A stretch of 64,000 bases of DNA, from assembly GCA_044070495.1 (NCBI GenBank), contig JBIPSI010000005.1, positions 64,001-128,000 of the forward strand. Direction: 5' to 3'. Source of the stretch: Spirulina sp. GTDB lineage: Bacteria; Cyanobacteriota; Cyanobacteriia; Phormidesmidales; Phormidesmidaceae. How positions within the stretch are numbered: position 1 is the stretch's first letter; every line of letters starts with the position of its first letter. The position numbers and the translations under genes were made by a program. This document shows, piece after piece, positions 58,901 through 64,000 of the stretch. Under the pieces are notes generated by a model. The model worked only from the letters and a program-made list of their open reading frames with translations, was not told where the DNA came from and ran no database searches.

Positions 58901-59368
58901 ATGAACAAAGTTCTGATCGAATCCATCAAAGCGTCCGATGGTCGCTACCTCAGTGACATTGAACTGCGCCCCTTTGCCCAGTTTGTGGCCTCCTACGAAA
59001 CCCGCTTTACCACCTACGCTGTGCTCAAGGAGAAAGCCGAAACCCTGGTGCTAAGCAGCCTGCGTCGCCTGATGCAAACCCCTCACCGCAAGGTGATCAC
59101 CGACCATGGATCAAAATGTCAGCGGGATATGACCTATACCCTCCAGTGCATCGCCCAAGCCATCCTCATGGATGACTCCCAAGGGTTCATGGAGGACTAT
59201 GTGCTGTGGATGCAGAACATCACCCGCGCCCTCCACAAAGAAAACTCTGCCATCGATGCCTACCGTTCCCTTCAGCAGGAGGTGGCGGCTACCTTTCCCG
59301 CCGAAGGTGCCCTACTCATTAACAACCACCTCGACAAGCTCATCCAAGCCTTTAGCGACGGCCTTTAA
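58901..59368 (+). CDS. Phycobiliprotein/globin-like protein (Slr0149-like) retaining the CxRD motif
   Basis: SDGRYLSD.EL, KCQRDM..TL..IA.AILMDD, LWMQNI. Confidence 0.78.
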   Translation: MNKVLIESIKASDGRYLSDIELRPFAQFVASYETRFTTYAVLKEKAETLVLSSLRRLMQTPHRKVITDHGSKCQRDMTYTLQCIAQAILMDDSQGFMEDYVLWMQNITRALHKENSAIDAYRSLQQEVAATFPAEGALLINNHLDKLIQAFSDGL

Positions 59369-59444
59369 TCCCTCAAAACGTGCCTGAGAATCGAGAAACT
59401 CGGAGGAGCAATCGGTCACAAACACGCTCTTTTGCCGAGATTCA

Positions 59445-59540
59445 GCCCTCACTCTAAATCCTTCTCCCACCTTGGGAGAGGGACTTTGAATCGCTTCTGG
59501 CTCCCCTCTCCTCCCTGGGAGAGGGGCTGGGGGTGAGGGC
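59445..59540. repeat. Palindromic intergenic repeat (GCCCTCAC...GTGAGGGC family)
   Basis: Terminal inverted repeat plus internal CTCCC..GGGAG hairpins; same right end as 57685-57711. Confidence 0.72.
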
Positions 59541-59683
59541 GGCTGAAACTTGGCAATCTACTGAATCCTACGACCGAGCCTCTATCAACCACCGAATTTG
59601 TTACCCCGTTGCATATTGTGTAACTAGCCCCTTGCTCCCCTAGCGATTCGCCATAGTAGAGGTGTCGCGTTGGGATATGGGCT

Positions 59684-60664
59684 ATGGCAACTTCCACAGG
59701 GCGTAGCGAATATCGACATCGGCGGCCCTCGGCCCTGGGCGTGGGGCTGGTGGGGCTGGTGCTGATGGGGGGCTGTGCGGGGGCTTCGGTGATGGAGTCT
59801 CCTGGCGAGGCCGTTAAAACCGAGGCTGATGGGTCGGGCTTGGTGGAAATGGATGCCGCCCGCCAAAGCGCCGCCCCCACAACAGAAGGGATAGCAGCCC
59901 CCCAGGCCGAAGACGTTGCTCCTGTACCGGAGACAGACGTTGGCCAAGCCGCGCCCCAACTGGTGAAGCGGGCCACCCTGGTTCTCACCCTCACCGACAT
60001 TGATGGGGCCATGGCCGAGGTGCAGACCGTGGTGCGCCGCGCCCAGGGCGATCTATTGCAGCTAGAAGATACCCGACGGCCCGAAGGCACTGCCCACCAG
60101 GTCTATATGGCCCTGCGGGTGCCCCAGGCCCAGCTTGAACCCACCCTGGCCGCCCTGCGGGAGTTGGGCACGGTGCAGTCCCAGTCCCTCAGTGCCGAGG
60201 ATGTGTCGTCGCAGTTGGTGGATCTGTCGGCCCGGATTAAAAACCTGCGCCAGTCGGAAGCCGCTCTGCAAAGCATCATGGAACGGTCGGGGGAAATTTC
60301 CCACGTCCTGGAGGTGGCGCGAGAACTTAGCACCGTGCGCGACTCCATCGAACGGCTAGCTGCCCAGGAACAAAACCTCAAGCGCCAGGTGGCCTATTCC
60401 ACCATCGACCTGACGCTGCAAAGCCCAATCACGGCGGTAACGCCCCTGCGCCCGGTCTCCGAAACCCTCGGCAACACCTGGCAATCCGCCACCCAATCGG
60501 TGAAAGCCTTCACCGTGGGCGGCCTCCAAATGGCCCTCTGGCTCTTGGCCTATAGCCCCTACTGGGTGCTGCTGGCGCTACTCATCTACGGTGGCTACCG
60601 GATGCGGACTCGACGGTCTGCCCCCGCCGCCGACAGCGAACCCAGCCCACCCTCGGTCAATTAG
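59684..60664 (+). CDS. DUF4349 family lipoprotein
   Basis: Lipobox MGGC, LRVP, EDVS.QLVDL.AR..NL coiled coil, VAYSTIDL, C-terminal TM. Confidence 0.85.
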   Translation: MATSTGRSEYRHRRPSALGVGLVGLVLMGGCAGASVMESPGEAVKTEADGSGLVEMDAARQSAAPTTEGIAAPQAEDVAPVPETDVGQAAPQLVKRATLVLTLTDIDGAMAEVQTVVRRAQGDLLQLEDTRRPEGTAHQVYMALRVPQAQLEPTLAALRELGTVQSQSLSAEDVSSQLVDLSARIKNLRQSEAALQSIMERSGEISHVLEVARELSTVRDSIERLAAQEQNLKRQVAYSTIDLTLQSPITAVTPLRPVSETLGNTWQSATQSVKAFTVGGLQMALWLLAYSPYWVLLALLIYGGYRMRTRRSAPAADSEPSPPSVN

Positions 60665-60674
60665 TCGTGATGCC

Positions 60675-61040
60675 CTACTCAGCCGAGGGTGCGTCCGAAG
60701 CTTGGGCGGGTTCGGCGGATCGCAAGGCCCGTAGTTCAGCCTCTAAACCTTCGATGCGCTGGAGCAGTTGTTGATTGGTTTCCATCATCTCCTGGGCGCG
60801 GCTGCTCAGGTAGGGGTCTGTTTCCCACCAGTTGATGCCGATTTCGCGGGCCTTATCCACCGAAGAAATCAGCAGCCGAATGCGGATGCTGAGGAGTTCC
60901 GTAGAACCCACGGAGATCGAGATATCGCCAGCGATGACGATCCCCTTATCCAGCACCCGCTCCAGCACATCCACTAGGGACGAACTTTGGGTGGCGGTGG
61001 TGATGCGAGCAGATTGGGGACGGGGGGCGGGGGTAGTCAC
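60675..61040 (-). CDS. gvpJ: Gas vesicle protein GvpJ (GvpA family)
   Basis: [21 protein letters not shown]...[24 protein letters not shown]. Confidence 0.92.
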   Translation of the reverse strand: MTTPAPRPQSARITTATQSSSLVDVLERVLDKGIVIAGDISISVGSTELLSIRIRLLISSVDKAREIGINWWETDPYLSSRAQEMMETNQQLLQRIEGLEAELRALRSAEPAQASDAPSAE

Positions 61041-63067
61041 AGGAGTTCCTGATATTCGGCACGAATTTGATACACCGATGGCCGTTGACCATCTGCCCCC
61101 TTCTCAATCAATCCCTGATCAAGCATCGACTTTAGGGCATTGACAACCTGAAAGCGGGTTAGACCCAGGTCGGTTTCAATGCGCGAAAAGGAGGCTGATC
61201 CTACGGTATCTAAAAAGTCGAAAATGCGAGACTCGATTACGTTTTCCGTCTGAGCGGATGGGCTGCTACTGGCCACGGGTAGGGTGTCTACGGCGGCTAT
61301 CACCGTAGTGGCTGGTACCGCTTGATCTAGGGCAGAGTCAGTGATTAAAGACTCCACCGCCATGCTTTCCGCCGCTGCCGCTGCAAAACCTGGGGCTTCT
61401 GCCGCCTGCTCTGAGGGTGCAGGTTGTTCTACAACATATTGATCTAGCACGGGTGTGGCCTCACCGAGACCAGACTCCTCCAAAACCGCTGAGTCTTCTG
61501 GACTCGGCTCGTCTAGACCAGGCTCCTCGAAGACTGCTGATTCATACACCGAAATATCTCGGCTAGGCTCTTCCCAAAAGGGTTCTGCGTCGAGGGCTTG
61601 GGCTTCGTCGGCCACCTCGTCTAGGAACGGTTCTTCCTCAAAGGCAGGAAGTTCCTGGGTCGCCTCTTCCAAAAATGGTTCCTCTTCGAGGATGACGTCC
61701 TCTGGCATAGGCTCCTCGAAGTGAGCTTCTACAGGGAAAGGATCGGCCTCCGCAACAGGTTCCTCTAGGACAGGCTCCTCGGCAACGGGTTCCTCCGCAA
61801 CGAGTTCCTCCGCAACGGATTCCTCGATAACGGATTCTTCCGCAACGGGTTCTTCTACAAGAAGTTCTTCTGCGACGGGTTCCTCGGCGACAGGTTCCTC
61901 TAGGGCGGGTTCCTCCTCGATAACGAGTTCTTCTGCGACGGGTTCCTCTAGAGCAGATTCCTCAAGGACAGGTTCTTCTGCAATGGGTTCTTCAATCGCA
62001 GGTTCTTCCGCAACGGCTTCTTCCGCAACGGGCTGTTCCATCACGGGTTCTTCTGCAACAGGAGCGGGATCAGGAATTGGGGGCATCTCTGGGGCTGCCC
62101 CACTCTCATCATCATCTCCATGCAGGCGGGCGGTGCGTTGGCCGTCACGGGTACCTTTGAGCTGTTCTGCAATGTCCACCTGGGATGCCACGAACTGGTT
62201 GAACAGATCCCACAGGTGGCGAGTGGCTTCGGGCAGGGGGTGTTTCGACCGATCTAGCAGCACGTCGCTACAGACATCCCGAAAATCCGCATTTTCGGCC
62301 AGGGGAGTAATGCCGTGGTCGTTGCAGATGGTGGCAATCATCAGGCTGGGCCGCAGGCTGGAGATCATATCCGGGGCCGCATCGGTCTGGTATGCCTTCA
62401 CGATGCGCACAATTTGCAGGGCGGCGGCGGCGTCAATGCCGACCTTTTGGGTCAAAATTTGCTGTTGGGCCAGTTCGTCCGGCTCTGGCATATTGATGGT
62501 AATCAGGCGATCCTGGAGGGCGTCCTGGGTGCCGTGGACGCCGCAGTATTCCTCTGGGTTGGAGGTAAAAATGGCCCGAAAATGGGGGCTAACCCGGATA
62601 TATTCTGAGCGATTTTGGTTCGGCGGCAGCACCAGCAGCTTTTCTTCCAGGGCCGACAGCAGCACGTTGTTCACCTCTGGGCGCGAGCGGTTGAACTCGT
62701 CGTAGACCAGGGTGAAGCCCTCCCGGCAGGCTAGGGTGAGGCGGGAGTCAATCCAGTTGTGGCGCAGTTCGTCCTCCACCTTCATGACGCTGTGGATGTA
62801 GTTATCCACCACCTTTTTGCGGGTATAGCCGGTTTGGTTGCCGATCAGGTCAGAGGTTTTGAATTCATCATCGCCAAACAGCAGCATGATGGGCCGACCC
62901 AGGAGATCGGCCAAGTGCAGGGCCAGGGTGGTTTTACCCGTTCCGGCTGGCCCTTTAAGGTGGACAGAATACCCCGATTTTAGGTAGCGCAGGGCGCGAA
63001 AGGCGGTTCGTTCTAGGGTGGGGGTCGAAACAAAATTCCGGGGGCGGGCTTGTAGGACGGTGTTCAC
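61037..63067 (-). CDS. gvpN: Gas vesicle AAA+ ATPase GvpN with an acidic repeat linker and a C-terminal winged helix
   Basis: [34 protein letters not shown]; start and stop overlap the neighbouring genes. Confidence 0.93.
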   Translation of the reverse strand: MNTVLQARPRNFVSTPTLERTAFRALRYLKSGYSVHLKGPAGTGKTTLALHLADLLGRPIMLLFGDDEFKTSDLIGNQTGYTRKKVVDNYIHSVMKVEDELRHNWIDSRLTLACREGFTLVYDEFNRSRPEVNNVLLSALEEKLLVLPPNQNRSEYIRVSPHFRAIFTSNPEEYCGVHGTQDALQDRLITINMPEPDELAQQQILTQKVGIDAAAALQIVRIVKAYQTDAAPDMISSLRPSLMIATICNDHGITPLAENADFRDVCSDVLLDRSKHPLPEATRHLWDLFNQFVASQVDIAEQLKGTRDGQRTARLHGDDDESGAAPEMPPIPDPAPVAEEPVMEQPVAEEAVAEEPAIEEPIAEEPVLEESALEEPVAEELVIEEEPALEEPVAEEPVAEELLVEEPVAEESVIEESVAEELVAEEPVAEEPVLEEPVAEADPFPVEAHFEEPMPEDVILEEEPFLEEATQELPAFEEEPFLDEVADEAQALDAEPFWEEPSRDISVYESAVFEEPGLDEPSPEDSAVLEESGLGEATPVLDQYVVEQPAPSEQAAEAPGFAAAAAESMAVESLITDSALDQAVPATTVIAAVDTLPVASSSPSAQTENVIESRIFDFLDTVGSASFSRIETDLGLTRFQVVNALKSMLDQGLIEKGADGQRPSVYQIRAEYQELL
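61680..62060 (-). repeat. Degenerate 15-bp coding repeat (EEPVA-like pentapeptide) in gvpN
   Basis: About 20 units of EE(P/S/L)(V/A/I)(A/L/I), e.g. repeated TTCCTCCGCAACGGG on the + strand; boundaries approximate. Confidence 0.9.
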
Positions 63068-64000
63068 AGAAGCGCTTCCTCTTTCGCGAGATAGGTGCGG
63101 TCTTGTTTAACGATCAAGCCTTTTTGAATTAAGGCATGGAGGGCATCGACGGCCTGGAATCGGGTAATGCCAAGCTCGGTTTCAATTTCGCTAATGCGGG
63201 CACCGTTGGCTAGGTGCAGGTAGTTGTAAACCACCTCTTCTAGGGGGGGCGAATCGGGCGTGACGACGGGCGGCTCGGCTACGGCCACAGCGGCCTTAAC
63301 GGGGGGCATCACCGTGGCGACGGGTTCTGCCTGGGAAACGGGCTGGGGAGCCGTGACGACAGCAACAGGGGCCGGACTCACCACTGGGCTAGGGGCTGGA
63401 CTAGGCGCAGCCACTTTAGCCATGGCTGGCTGTGTTGCCTTGGGGGTTGCCGCTGGACGGGTTTGGGCCACCGGACGGGCAGGACGGGTTACGGCAGCGG
63501 GTCGAGCGACTCCGGCGGGGGCCGGTTTGGGTGCGGCTTTGGGCGCAGGCTTGGGCGTTACCCTAGGGGCACTTTGCTGCACCTTGGGGGGAGAGTAGCG
63601 CCCGGTTCCGGTGCCCCACACTTGCTCGGTTACGGCGGCATGCTGTTCCGCTAGGTGCTGGCGAAACCCGGCCAGTTCATCAAACATAGCCTCCACTTGT
63701 TCGGTGAGGGCTTGGCGATCCTGCTGGCGCTTTTCCTGCTGCTGGACTTCCAAAATTTGACGGTCGGCGTTGAGGTCATCTAGGGTTTGGCTCACGTCGG
63801 CCTTGAGGTTGGTAACGTAATCGGCCAGTTCCGGCAGCAATTCCGCCCGCAGCATGGCCTGATCTTGGCGATAGCCCGCCAGATCCACCGCCGTTTGCGT
63901 TTGAATCGCGTCCACCTGCTGCTGAATGTGGCGCAAATCCTGGGCAATATCTAGGCGTAGCTCGTCCACGGTGTCGCTTAGATCTTGGCGATCCTGGGCC
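63064..64000 (-). CDS. gvpC: GvpC-like gas vesicle protein with a Pro/Ala linker and a C-terminal winged helix; 5' end outside the window
   Basis: Frame open to the edge ([15 protein letters not shown]...); amphipathic Q/R/D-rich helical repeats; directly upstream of gvpN. Confidence 0.72.
   Translation of the reverse strand, partial: AQDRQDLSDTVDELRLDIAQDLRHIQQQVDAIQTQTAVDLAGYRQDQAMLRAELLPELADYVTNLKADVSQTLDDLNADRQILEVQQQEKRQQDRQALTEQVEAMFDELAGFRQHLAEQHAAVTEQVWGTGTGRYSPPKVQQSAPRVTPKPAPKAAPKPAPAGVARPAAVTRPARPVAQTRPAATPKATQPAMAKVAAPSPAPSPVVSPAPVAVVTAPQPVSQAEPVATVMPPVKAAVAVAEPPVVTPDSPPLEEVVYNYLHLANGARISEIETELGITRFQAVDALHALIQKGLIVKQDRTYLAKEEALL

Noticed and set aside
59449..60090. 213-aa minus-strand ORF
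   Set aside because: Antisense to the DUF4349 gene and runs into the palindromic repeat.

Overview
This is a mostly core-genome window from a GC-rich (roughly 55-65% in coding DNA, by eye) cyanobacterium, probably a filamentous non-heterocystous Leptolyngbya/Nodosilinea-like lineage (inferred from gene content and composition). It holds about 75 CDSs. Photosynthesis genes: psaF-psaJ-psaL, psaE, psbB-psbT, a ferredoxin, psbM and ndhO. Carotenoid/isoprenoid genes: cruF-cruG and sds. Housekeeping genes: proB, mltG, ruvX, truB, tsaD, aroA, mutM, NAD kinase and trmJ. Signalling genes: a CyaB1-type adenylate cyclase, a dCache-PAS-GGDEF-EAL protein, two Ser/Thr kinases and PlmA. There is also an Anbu protease, a reduced Pap-like V4R/globin/kinase operon and the 3' end of a gas-vesicle cluster (gvpC-like, gvpN, gvpJ). 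psaJ, psbT, psbM and the left-edge kinase are missing from the ORF track and were translated by hand. I found no rRNA, tRNA, CRISPR array, transposase or prophage. Non-coding DNA carries several REP/MITE-like elements (one apparently nested) and many short tandem duplications. Best leads: (1) homologous C-terminal winged-helix domains on long linkers in both GvpC and GvpN; (2) a Pap-like operon lacking ferredoxins, with its bilin-Cys-bearing globin about 5.7 kb away; (3) two candidate ncRNAs (19.2 kb, and 28.9 kb ahead of a 35-aa membrane peptide); (4) a Nostoc/tetramer-type PsaL in psaFJL; (5) a probable pseudokinase; (6) apparent decay of the HIP1 octamer. All calls were made by eye, without database searches.
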